Below are positions 9,579 through 18,776 of a DNA stretch of 64,000 nt, piece by piece. The notes below the pieces were generated by a model, which saw only the letters and a program-made list of their open reading frames with translations, was not told the origin of the DNA and searched no databases. The translations under genes were made by a program, and so were the position numbers. Numbering within the stretch: position 1 is the stretch's first letter; the number at the start of each line of letters is the position of its first letter. The stretch is from an uncultured delta proteobacterium (GTDB lineage Bacteria > Myxococcota > Kuafuiibacteriia > Kuafuiibacteriales > Kuafuiibacteriaceae): assembly GCA_963803435.1 (NCBI GenBank), contig CAWDML010000003.1, positions 640,001 through 704,000 of the forward strand, given 5' to 3'.

Positions 9579-10638
9579 GAGGCGGAGGGCGGTCTCGAAG
9601 GCGTGATCGTCGCCCGGACGCGGCTCTCGCTCGTCGACGGTGCCGCCGGTCGGTTGGTCCTGGTGGGCCAGGACGTGGAGTCGGTGGCGGCGCGGGGCTC
9701 GTTCGAGGACGCCTGCGGGCTGCTCTGGGGTGGCGCGCTCCCGGCGGCTGCTCGGCGGAAGGAGCTCGAAGGGGCGCTGGCCGCCGGTCGGACGCGGGCC
9801 TTCGAGCGACTCGGTGCGCTGGGCGACGCGCTCGATTCGGGCGCACGCGATGGACGCGCTCCGGGCGGCTGCGGCCCACCTGCCCGGGGACGGTACCTCG
9901 CGGGAGGACCTCACGGCGGCGCTGGCCGTCTACACCGCGGCCTGGGTACGCAGGCAGCAGCGCCTGGAGGCGGTGGCGCCCGATCCCGGCCGTACGCACG
10001 CCGAGGATCTGCTGGCGATGATGCGCGGCTCGGAGGCGAGCGCGCCGGAGTCCGGAGCCCTGGCCGCGTATCTCTCGACCGTGATCGACCACGGGATGAA
10101 CGCGAGCACCTTTGCAGCGCGTGTGATCGCGTCGACGGGCTCCGATCTCGTCTCTTCGATCGTCGGCGCGATCGGTGCGCTCAAGGGGAGGCTCCACGGT
10201 GGTGCGCCGGGGCCGGTGCTCGACATGCTCGACGCCGTGGGCGCCGAGGCCAACGCGGAGCGCTGGATCGAGGATGAGCTGGCGGCGGGGCGGCGGATCA
10301 TGGGGATGGGACACCGCGTCTATCGGGTCCGCGATCCGCGGGCGGCGGTGCTCGAAGGGCGCATGGTCGCGCTCGCGGGTGACTCACCGCGCGTCCGGCT
10401 GGCGCGGACCGTGGAGCGGACCGCGGAGGCGCTGCTTCGGGCCAGACACCCGGGACGGCCGCTGTCCGCGAACGTCGAGTTCTACACTGCGCTCCTCCTG
10501 GAGGCGCTGCGGATCCCGCGCGAAGCGTTCACGGCGGTGTTCGCGTGTGGCCGGGTGGCGGGGTGGTGCGCGCACGTCGCCGAGCAGCAGGAGACCGGAC
10601 GACTGATCCGACCGTCCTCCCGCTACGTGGGACCGTGA
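9558..10638 (+). CDS. Citrate synthase / 2-methylcitrate synthase family protein; frameshift near 9840
   Basis: GLEGVIVARTRLSLVDG in ORF 9522; DHGMNASTFAAR, GRLHGGA, GMGHRVY, NVEFY, LIRP in ORF 9640. Confidence 0.85.
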
Positions 10639-10689
10639 GCGCCGATCGGACCTTGCCCTGTCGGCGACCCGGCGAGTAGGCAGCGGCGG

Positions 10690-12083
10690 ATGGCGGCGAA
10701 GAAGCCCTGGGGAGGGCGCTTCCAGCGTCCCACGGACGCGATCGTGGAGGCGTTCACCAGCTCGATCGACGGTGATCGGCACATTGCGCTCGATGACGTG
10801 GATGGAAGCATCGCGCACGCCACCATGCTCGGCGAGTCGGGCATCGTATCGAGTGAGGATGCGACCACGCTCGTCGACGGCCTCCAGCGCGTGCGGGGCG
10901 AGATCGAGCGGGGCGATTTTCGGTGGCGGCGCGAGCTGGAGGACGTCCACATGAACGTGGAGCGCCGTCTGGCCGAGATCGTCGGTGACGACATCGCGGG
11001 TCGTCTCCACACCGCGCGCTCCCGCAACGATCAGGTTGCGCTCGACAGTCGGATGTATCTCAAGCGCAAGCTCGCCGAGATCGACCTGCGGATCCAAGAC
11101 ATCCTGCGCGCGCTCCTCGGGCAGGCGAGGCAGCACGTCGAGACCCTGCTCCCCGGCTATACGCACCTGCAGCGCGCGCAGCCGGTCCGCCTTGCCCACC
11201 ATCTGCTCGCCTATCAGGAGATGTTCGCCCGCGATCGCGGCCGTCTCCGCGACGCAGTGGCGCGGTTCGATCTCTCGCCCCTCGGCTCCGGCGCGATCGC
11301 GGGTACGCCGCACCCGATCCGTCGTGAGCGTGTCGCCGAGCTCCTCGGGTTCGCCGGCGTCACCGCCAACTCCATGGATGCGGTGGCCGATCGCGATCAC
11401 TTCCTCGAGACCATGAGCGCCGCCGCCATCTCGATGGTCCACCTATCCCGCCTCGCCGAGGAGATCGTGCTCTGGAGCTCGGCCGAGTTCCGCTTCCTCG
11501 AGATTGATGACGCGTTCACGACCGGATCCTCGATGATGCCCCAGAAGAAGAATCCGGACGTGGCCGAGCTGGTGCGAGGCCGGTGCGGTCGCGTGGTCGG
11601 CGATCTGGTGGCCCTGCTGGTGACGGTGAAGGGGCTGCCGCTCACGTACAACCGCGACCTTCAGGAGGACAAGCCGCCGCTGTACTCCAGCCTGGAGACT
11701 TGGTCGGACGCGCTCGCCGTGACGGCCGCGATGATCGATGCGATCACCTTCGACCCGGACCGCATGCGCCGAGCGCTCGCGGACGGGTTCGCGACCGCCA
11801 CGGAGCTCGCGGATCACCTGGTGACCCGGGGCGTCCCCTTCCGCGACGCCCACGAGACCGTGGGGCGGATTCGTCGCCGACTGCCTTACCCGTCGCTGTG
11901 TCCTCGAGGATCTTCTCGCTCGAGGACCTGCGTCGCTTTCACGCCAGCTTCGGCGACGACGCGCTCGACTGGATCGATCCGGAGAGCGCCGTCGAGAGGC
12001 GCGACCTCGTGGGCGGGCCGGCTCGCGAGCGCGTGCTGGCCGCGCTCGCCGCAGCTGAGGAGGCGCTCGATGCGGATCGCTAG
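10690..12083 (+). CDS. argH: Argininosuccinate lyase; two apparent +1 indels near 11870 and 11912
   Basis: WGGRF, TARSRNDQ, GYTHLQRAQP, GSSMMPQKKNPD, YNRDLQEDK; the C-terminus SLEDLRRFHASF..GGPARERV lies in ORF 11583..12083. Confidence 0.93.
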
Positions 12084-12201
12084 CCTCTGGGTGCTCGTGC
12101 TGGTCACCAGCGCTTGCGGGATCAAGGCGCCGCCACGCCCGCCGCCGGGGCCGCCGCCGCCGACGCACACCGCCACGGTCGCCCGATCGCGGTCGGACTG
12201 A
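12070..12201 (+). CDS. Small lipoprotein, LptM(YifL)/LppL-like
   Basis: 43 aa MRIASLWVLVLVTSACGIKAPPRPPPGPPPPTHTATVARSRSD: lipobox followed by CGxKxP, located between argH and lysA. Confidence 0.7.
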   Translation: MRIASLWVLVLVTSACGIKAPPRPPPGPPPPTHTATVARSRSD

Positions 12202-12273
12202 GCTCGCCCGTCCGTTCGGGCGTTCTCAGATTGGCCCTCGACGGGCCGAGGCGCTGCGCGGTAGATCCGCGGC

Positions 12274-13533
12274 GTGTTCCACTTCGCCTACGACGAGGCC
12301 GGGCGGCTCCACGCAGAGTCTGTGGGTCTCGACCGGATTGCCGGTGAGGTCGGGACGCCGGCGTACGTCTACGTGCAGGCGACGCTCGAGCGCCACTTCC
12401 GGGTCTTCGACGAGGCGTTCGCCGGACATCCTCACCTCGTCTGTTACTCCGTCAAGGCCAATAGCAACCGTGCGATCCTCCGCCTGCTGTCGCGCCTGGG
12501 CTCCGGGGCTGACATCGTCTCCGGGGGCGAGCTGGTGCGGGCGTTGCGCGCGGGCGTTCCAGCCGATCGGATCGTGTTCTCCGGAGTCGGCAAGACCGAG
12601 GCGGAGATGGCGGCGGCGATGGACGCGCGGATCCTCTCCTTCAACGTCGAGTCCGCGCAGGAGCTGGAGCAGCTGGGCCGGGTGGCCGCCTCGAAGGGCA
12701 TGGTGGCGCACGTCTCGCTCCGGGTGAACCCAGACATCGACGCGAAGACCCATCCGTACATCGCGACCGGCCTCAAAGAGTCGAAGTTCGGGATCCCGCT
12801 CCCGGAGGCGAGGAGCCTCGCAAGCACGGTGGCGGCGAACGCAAACCTCACCATGACCGGCGTCGACTGTCACATCGGATCGCAGCTCACCACGCTCGAT
12901 CCCTTGATGGCCGCGCTCGACTCGGTGCTCGGTCTCGTGGACGAGCTCGCGGCGGACGGGCACCGCATCGACCACGTGGACCTGGGCGGCGGGCTCGGCA
13001 TCCCATATCTCTCCGAGACGCCGCCGCACCCGACCGAGTTTGGCGCGGCGGTCGTCGCCCGGATGAAGGGCCGCAAGGAGCGCCTGATCCTCGAGCCCGG
13101 CCGGGTGATCGTGGGGAACGCCGGCCTCTTGTTGACACGTGTGCTCTACGTGAAGAAGGCACCGGCTCGGACGTTCGTCATCGTCGACGCGGCCATGAAC
13201 GATCTGCTGCGTCCTTCCCTGTATCAGGCGCACCACGAGATCTGGCCCGTGACGAAGCGGAGCGAGGCGGCTGTGCTCCCGGTCGACGTGGTGGGGCCGA
13301 TCTGCGAGTCGAGCGACACGTTCGCCAAGCAACGGCCGCTGCCGGAGGTGGAGCCGGGCGATCTGCTCGCGATCATGAGCGCGGGTGCCTATGGGTTCGC
13401 GATGTCCTCGACCTACAACTCGAGGCCGCGCGCCTGTGAGGTCTTGGTGAACGGTGATCGCTTCTCCGTTGTGCGCGGGCGGGAGACGGTCGAGGGACTG
13501 ATGGAAGGCGAGACCCTTCCCGATTGGTTGTGA
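12274..13533 (+). CDS. lysA: Diaminopimelate decarboxylase
   Basis: YSVKAN (PLP Lys), HIGSQ, DLGGG, EPGR, GPICES, GAYG..MSSTYNSRP. Confidence 0.95.
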   Translation: MFHFAYDEAGRLHAESVGLDRIAGEVGTPAYVYVQATLERHFRVFDEAFAGHPHLVCYSVKANSNRAILRLLSRLGSGADIVSGGELVRALRAGVPADRIVFSGVGKTEAEMAAAMDARILSFNVESAQELEQLGRVAASKGMVAHVSLRVNPDIDAKTHPYIATGLKESKFGIPLPEARSLASTVAANANLTMTGVDCHIGSQLTTLDPLMAALDSVLGLVDELAADGHRIDHVDLGGGLGIPYLSETPPHPTEFGAAVVARMKGRKERLILEPGRVIVGNAGLLLTRVLYVKKAPARTFVIVDAAMNDLLRPSLYQAHHEIWPVTKRSEAAVLPVDVVGPICESSDTFAKQRPLPEVEPGDLLAIMSAGAYGFAMSSTYNSRPRACEVLVNGDRFSVVRGRETVEGLMEGETLPDWL

Positions 13534-13539
13534 GGAGAG

Positions 13540-14451
13540 ATGATGAAGCTTCAGGGCGCATTGACGGCACTGGTGACCCCGTTCGGCGAGGACGATCGCG
13601 TGGATGTTCGCGCCCTCGCCAAGATCACGGACCAGCAGATCGAGAACGGCATCGATGGGCTGGTGCCGTGTGGTACCACCGGCGAGACGCCCACCCTCTC
13701 CGAGTCGGAGCAGGAGACCGTGGTGAAGACGGTGATCGAGGCTGCGCGCGGTCGCGTCCCGATCATCGCCGGCACCGGCACGAACTCCACGCGGGGCGCC
13801 ATCGAATCGACCCGCCGCGCCAAGGGCTGGGGCATCGACGCTGCGCTCGTGGTCACGCCGTTCTACAACAAGCCCACCCAGGAGGGCCTCTTCAGGCACT
13901 ACAAGGCGGTCTGGGAGGACGTCGGTCTTCCCATCGTCGCCTACAACGTCCCGGGCCGGACCGCGAGCGATCTGATGCCGGAGACCATCGGGCGGCTGGT
14001 CGAGATCGGCGCCATCGTCGGCGTGAAGGACGCCACCGCCAGCATGCAGCGCGCCGTGGAGACACTGGCCGCCGTCGGCGATCGCCCTTTTGCGCTGATC
14101 TCGGGTGACGACTTCACGATCCTTCCCTTCGTCGCGTGTGGGGGCAAAGGCGTCATCAGCGTCGTCAGCAACATCGCACCCAGCGACACAGCGAGGCTGG
14201 TGACGGCCTCGGCCGCCGGCGACTGGTCGACCGCTCGGCCGCTGAACACGCGGATCGTCGCGCTGACGAAGGTGCTCTTCTCGACCTCCAGCCCGATCCC
14301 GATCAAGGCCGCGATGAGCCTGTGCGGCTGGTGCTCTGAGCGCGTCCGGCTGCCGCTCGTGGCCGGCGACGAAAAGCTGCTCGCGGCGATGCGCTCTGCG
14401 CTCGAGACGTATCGGGGTCAGGGCGGCACGCTCGAGGGCTACATGTCGTGA
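13540..14451 (+). CDS. dapA: 4-hydroxy-tetrahydrodipicolinate synthase
   Basis: TALVTPF, GTTGE, YNVPGRT, GVKDA, SGDD, PIPIK. Confidence 0.95.
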   Translation: MMKLQGALTALVTPFGEDDRVDVRALAKITDQQIENGIDGLVPCGTTGETPTLSESEQETVVKTVIEAARGRVPIIAGTGTNSTRGAIESTRRAKGWGIDAALVVTPFYNKPTQEGLFRHYKAVWEDVGLPIVAYNVPGRTASDLMPETIGRLVEIGAIVGVKDATASMQRAVETLAAVGDRPFALISGDDFTILPFVACGGKGVISVVSNIAPSDTARLVTASAAGDWSTARPLNTRIVALTKVLFSTSSPIPIKAAMSLCGWCSERVRLPLVAGDEKLLAAMRSALETYRGQGGTLEGYMS

Positions 14452-15209
14452 TCGAGGTCGTCGTCTCGGGCGCCTCGGGTCGGCTGGGCGCACGCATACG
14501 CGCCCTGGTCGAGGCCGCCCCGGATCTGGAGCTGAGCGCCGCCCTGGTCCGGCCGGGCTCCGAAGTGCGCGCCGGCGCGACCAGCGATCCGTCGGCGATC
14601 TCCGCGGGCCGCGTGCTGATCGAGGCGGCCACCCGTGCGGCCGCGCTCGAGCATGCGGATCGCGCGGCCCGGGTCGGCGCCCCCATCCTGCTCGCCACCA
14701 CCGGATTCGACGCAGGGGAGCGCGCGGCCGTCGAGGCGTTCGCAGCGAAGGTCCCGCTCCTGATCGCGCCGAATCTGTCTCTCGGCGTCGCGGTTCTCCT
14801 CGATCTGGTGGCCCGCGCCTCAGCAGCGCTCGCCTCCTACGATCTGGAGATCCTCGAGCTCCACCACAACAAGAAGCGTGACGCACCCAGCGGTACTGCC
14901 TGGGCGCTCGGACGGGCCGCCTCTTCCGCGCGGCGACGAGACGTGGAGCGGGATGCGATCGTCGCCCGCGCCGGTGAAGTCGGAGCGCGCGGGCGGGACG
15001 AGATCGGGATCCAAGCGCTGCGCGGCGGCGACGTCATCGGCGAGCACACCGTGTTCTTGATTGGGGAGACGGAGCGCATCGAGCTCTCACACCGGGCGGC
15101 CACGCGCGACACGTTCGCCGCCGGCGCCGTGCAGGCGGCCCGCTTCCTCGGTACGCCCGGGCGCGGCCCTGGGCTCTACACGATGCGCCACGTCCTCGGT
15201 CTGGACTGA
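14448..15209 (+). CDS. dapB: 4-hydroxy-tetrahydrodipicolinate reductase
   Basis: GASGRLG, ATTG, APNLSLG, ELHHNKKRDAPSGTA, RGGDVIGEH. Confidence 0.95.
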   Translation: MIEVVVSGASGRLGARIRALVEAAPDLELSAALVRPGSEVRAGATSDPSAISAGRVLIEAATRAAALEHADRAARVGAPILLATTGFDAGERAAVEAFAAKVPLLIAPNLSLGVAVLLDLVARASAALASYDLEILELHHNKKRDAPSGTAWALGRAASSARRRDVERDAIVARAGEVGARGRDEIGIQALRGGDVIGEHTVFLIGETERIELSHRAATRDTFAAGAVQAARFLGTPGRGPGLYTMRHVLGLD

Positions 15210-15211
15210 GA

Positions 15212-15574
15212 TCAACCCATGGCGATGGCGGCCGGCGGTGGCACCGGAACTCTCGGTGCGTCTGCCCAGATCTTGTCGAGCTCGTAGAACGCGCGCGTGT
15301 CCTCGTGAAAGACGTGGACTACGACGTCACCGTAGTCGATCAGGATCCAGGGACCGACGCCCTCGCGCTGGAGCGGCCGAAGCCGGGTCCACTCCCGCAT
15401 GTCCTCGACGATCGCGTCCGCGATGGCGGCGGTCTGCCGCTCGCTCCAGGCGGTGACGATGACCAATGCGTCCGTGTAGGTGCATCGGCCTTCAACGTCG
15501 ATGATGGTGATGTTTTGCCCCTTCTTGTTCTGAGCCGCGTTGGCCACTTTCAGGGCTTTGTCTCTCGGTTCTAT
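15212..15574 (-). CDS. rsfS: Ribosome silencing factor RsfS; probable ATA start at 15574 (ORF track start is GTG 15547)
   Basis: KKGQNITIIDV, SERQTAAIAD, WILIDYGDVVVHVF, RAFYELDKIW; a GGAG SD lies 8 nt before the in-frame ATA. Confidence 0.9.
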   Translation of the reverse strand: MEPRDKALKVANAAQNKKGQNITIIDVEGRCTYTDALVIVTAWSERQTAAIADAIVEDMREWTRLRPLQREGVGPWILIDYGDVVVHVFHEDTRAFYELDKIWADAPRVPVPPPAAIAMG

Positions 15575-15664
15575 GGTTCAGTCTCCGGTCGCTCTGGCCG
15601 ATTCTACCGCCTTTCTCGAGGATCGGGGCCGTACTATTCTCACGCCGCCAAATCCCCGCAATCC

Positions 15665-16768
15665 ATGGAAGAGTACATCCTCAATCCCGGTACCGAGGTG
15701 GTGCCCATCGAGGCGGATCGCTACGAGCTGCGCCTGCCCCTTTGGGGTCACACACTCGTTGCAAATGCACAGCAGCTCGCCTCGCTGCGGCGCTTCAAGC
15801 AGTGGGCGCTCCCGGACGCGGTTGCGGAGCAAGCGTGGCTCGAGCGCTGTCTCGACGGCGGATTTCTGCTCGGTCGGCTGCCCTCCGGAAAGGCCCGCTT
15901 CCCGCAGCGGATTCGCGCCCTTCCCGCGATGCTGGGCGCACCCGCGCACCGCGCGGACGCCCCCTCGGCGCTGACCGTGCTCGGGGCACCGTGGTCGATC
16001 GGGACCTCCGGTGCGGCGGGCGGTGCGACCGCGATCCGGCACGCCTCGCAGCACGCGCGCTACGCGATCGACCCGGCCCTGCGCCCGCGCGGGTTCCTCG
16101 ATCTCGCGAGCGGGAGAACGCTCCTCGAAGGCGTGACCATCAGCGACGCGGGCGACGTGCGCGTGGCGTCGGGCGAGGATCCCCACGACGCCTACGATCG
16201 CATCACCGAAGCGGTGCGGCGCCTGCTGGACTCGGGGACCACGCCGCTGATCCTCGGCGGTGATCATTCGATCACCTACCCGATCCTGCGTGCGTTTCCG
16301 CATGAGCGGCTCGGCGTGATCCAGTTTGACACCCGCCCCGACCTCGGGCCCCTCGAGCCTGGCGGCCTGGATCCTCAGAACGTCTTCTCGTGGGTGCTCG
16401 AGCGGCTCGAGTTCGTCGAGCGCATCCATCAGATCGGTCTCAGGGGCCTGGCGCCGGGCGGAGTCATGCGGCCGGAGCGCGCCACCTGGTACGGCATCGA
16501 TCGCGCACGCGCGCTGGGCGCGGTGATGCTCGCCGAGGCGTTGCCCGACGATCTCCCATACTATGTATCGATCGACATGCGCGTCGTGGATCCGGACGGC
16601 CTTCAGCCGCACGAGCTCAAGTCCATGCTGCGCGCGATCGCGGCGGCGCGCGAGATCGTCGGGATTGACGTCGTCGAGGTCGGCCGCCCCGGTGCGGTCG
16701 GTGATCGCTACGCCCAGCTCGCCGTCGAGGCGGCATTGACGGTGGCCGATAGTGTTCGACCTCGGTGA
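15665..16768 (+). CDS. Arginase/ureohydrolase-fold protein with an N-terminal extension and a degenerate metal site
   Basis: GAPW, DAGDV, LGGDHSITYP, QIGLRG, GIDVVEV; DAHxD reads DTRPD and SxDxD reads SIDMR. Confidence 0.8.
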   Translation: MEEYILNPGTEVVPIEADRYELRLPLWGHTLVANAQQLASLRRFKQWALPDAVAEQAWLERCLDGGFLLGRLPSGKARFPQRIRALPAMLGAPAHRADAPSALTVLGAPWSIGTSGAAGGATAIRHASQHARYAIDPALRPRGFLDLASGRTLLEGVTISDAGDVRVASGEDPHDAYDRITEAVRRLLDSGTTPLILGGDHSITYPILRAFPHERLGVIQFDTRPDLGPLEPGGLDPQNVFSWVLERLEFVERIHQIGLRGLAPGGVMRPERATWYGIDRARALGAVMLAEALPDDLPYYVSIDMRVVDPDGLQPHELKSMLRAIAAAREIVGIDVVEVGRPGAVGDRYAQLAVEAALTVADSVRPR

Positions 16769-18775
16769 TATCTCGGCGAAACGCTTCTTCGCCGATTTCT
16801 GGCGCAAGAAGCCCCTCCTGATCCGCGGCGGAGGCAGGATCCTGCTCGACCGAGAGGTCCCGGTCGCGGAGTTCCGAATGATCTGCGATCGGCTGGAGCG
16901 CGATCATCCGCGCCGGGTGGTCCGCAGGAACGGTTGCATCTTCGCGGAGCAGCTCGAGGAGGCATCGGCGGATCTGGCCCGGGTGGCGCGCGCTCAGGAG
17001 CAGCGCCTCTCGTGCCGACACGTCTGGTTCGAGGGCGCCTACGCGGCCGCCGAGGAAGGCCCGGGCTCCCACTACGACAAGAGCGATCGCTTCGCGCTCC
17101 AACAGCTCGGCTCGGGTCGCTGGCGGCTCTGTCCCCCCGAGATGCTCTCGCCGAAGGAGCTGCGGGCTCGAATGCTCGGCGAGAGCGCCGGGCTGGTGCA
17201 CATGCCCGACGAGTGTCACGAGTACCTCCTCGAGCCCGGCGACCTTCTCTACGTCCCGCTCTTCTGGGGCCACTGGGCGGCGGCCGAGGGCGGCCCTTCG
17301 CTGACGCTGTCGCTGATGCTGGACGCGAGCAGCGCGCTCAATCTCCTGGTCCCGTCGCTCTCGCAGGTCCTCGCGGAGGATCGGGCATGGTGGTATCCGC
17401 TCCCGCAGATCCCGATCGAGGATCGCAAGAGCGCCCGCCCGCCGGCCGCCGTCGAGCAGTGCTTCGACGTCCTCCTCGAGTCGTTCGTGAAGCCCGAGTT
17501 CCCGAGCCGGGTCAAGGCGGCGTGGTGGCGCGACGGCTACTTGCGCGCCCGCTCCGCCAAGCGTTCGCCCGAGTCGTCGGCGTTACCGCGGCGCGTTCGT
17601 CCCGAGGAGGCCGGTCTCGAATCCGACGCTGGTCGCTCGCCTGGCCGCGCCGCCAATCGCGGCTCCCGATCCCGAGGCCGCGGCTGCGCCCGGGGATGGT
17701 TCGGCCGGGAGGCTCCGCCTGCTGCTCGCGCGCCGCGTGATGCGCGGCTTCTTCGACGCTGCGGTCTCGTCGCGCACGCACTTTCCCGATGCTTCTGCAG
17801 TCACGCCGCTCATGCATATCGCCGGCGCTCTCCAGAACGCCGAGCTCGAGGTGATCGCTCCGCTGGTCGCGCGCCCGGAGGCGACCTCCTGGTTGTGGCG
17901 GATGACCGAGGCGCTCGAGTTCCGGCAGGCCTCGTACTTCGAGGAGATCGCGAGCCAGGCCACGCGCCTCTTCTTTCCCGCGCTCCTCACCGTGCGATCG
18001 TATCTGCGGGGCTCGACGCTCCCCATTGGCCGGTCGCACGAGCGCGGCATCAATCTTCTGTCGGTGCAGCGCCGGATCTCCTCGCCGGTGCCGCTCGGTA
18101 CGCGGATGAACGTCTCGTTGCTCGGCCCCATGCTTCGCTTCTCCTCGGCCGCCGGGCGGCTGGTCGAGTTCCCCGCCGAGGCGCTGATGGAGCGCGGCAA
18201 GGTGGACGTCGGCATCGGCTTCTCGGTCGAGGATCTCCCACGGACCCAGCACGGCGAGATCGTGGTGCTCGATCGAGATACGTGGATGTTTGGCCAGTAT
18301 CCGCGCGGTGGCCGGTTCGGAGCCGGTGCGCTCGCCGACGTCGCGCAGGACGGCTTGCTCGTCTCGATCGACGGGCACGGACAGGCGATCCAGCAGGCGT
18401 GGCCGGAGCTAGGCCGTGAGCTCACCGCGCTGATCGCGATGGCGCTGCCGCTCTCCGGGAGCGACGCGAAGGCCGAGACCGCCCCACCGTTTCTCGGTGC
18501 GGTCGCCCTGACCGAGCAGGCGAAGGCCGCCGATCTCGTTGAGCAGCTGGGGCGCACCAAGGCCCGGCTGGTCGCCGGGGTCGGTCTGGCGTTCGAATCG
18601 ACCCGTGCGACAGGAGACGCGCGGCCTCTTCGAGGACGCGGTCGCCAGCGCCTACCGGCGCGCCTTCGAAGAGCTGGCAGGTCTCGAAATCTCGGTCCAA
18701 GCGACGCCGTTCACGGGCCCCCTTTCGAGCTGGGGGCGCACGTTCCTCGATGCCGTCTTCGCGCTGATGAAGTAG
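16752..18775 (+). CDS. JmjC/cupin protein fused to a degenerate aKG-HExxH-like domain; frameshifts near 17620 and 18610
   Basis: FFADFWRKKPLLIR, SHYDKSDRFALQQLG..W, LEPGDLLYVPLFWGH; continues through ORFs 17737 and 18539 with WPELGREL, FLGAVAL, LVEQLGRTKARL, LSSWGRTFL. Confidence 0.6.
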
Positions 18776-18776
18776 C

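Noticed and set aside
9515-9580. Repeat array considered as a mini-CRISPR or iterons
   Set aside because: No spacers, cas or rep gene; better explained as an operator.
10690-12201. Apparent ArgH fusion with a hydrophobic, Pro-rich tail
   Set aside because: Indel artefact; the tail is the separate small lipoprotein.
12226-14886. Long antisense ORFs (886 aa here, similar ones at 44979..47381 and 29859..31793)
   Set aside because: Typical high-GC shadow ORFs opposite well-supported genes, with no motifs.
15575-15664. Search for a RiPP precursor next to the arginase-like gene
   Set aside because: The gap is only 90 bp with no credible small ORF, and the downstream end abuts the malic enzyme stop.
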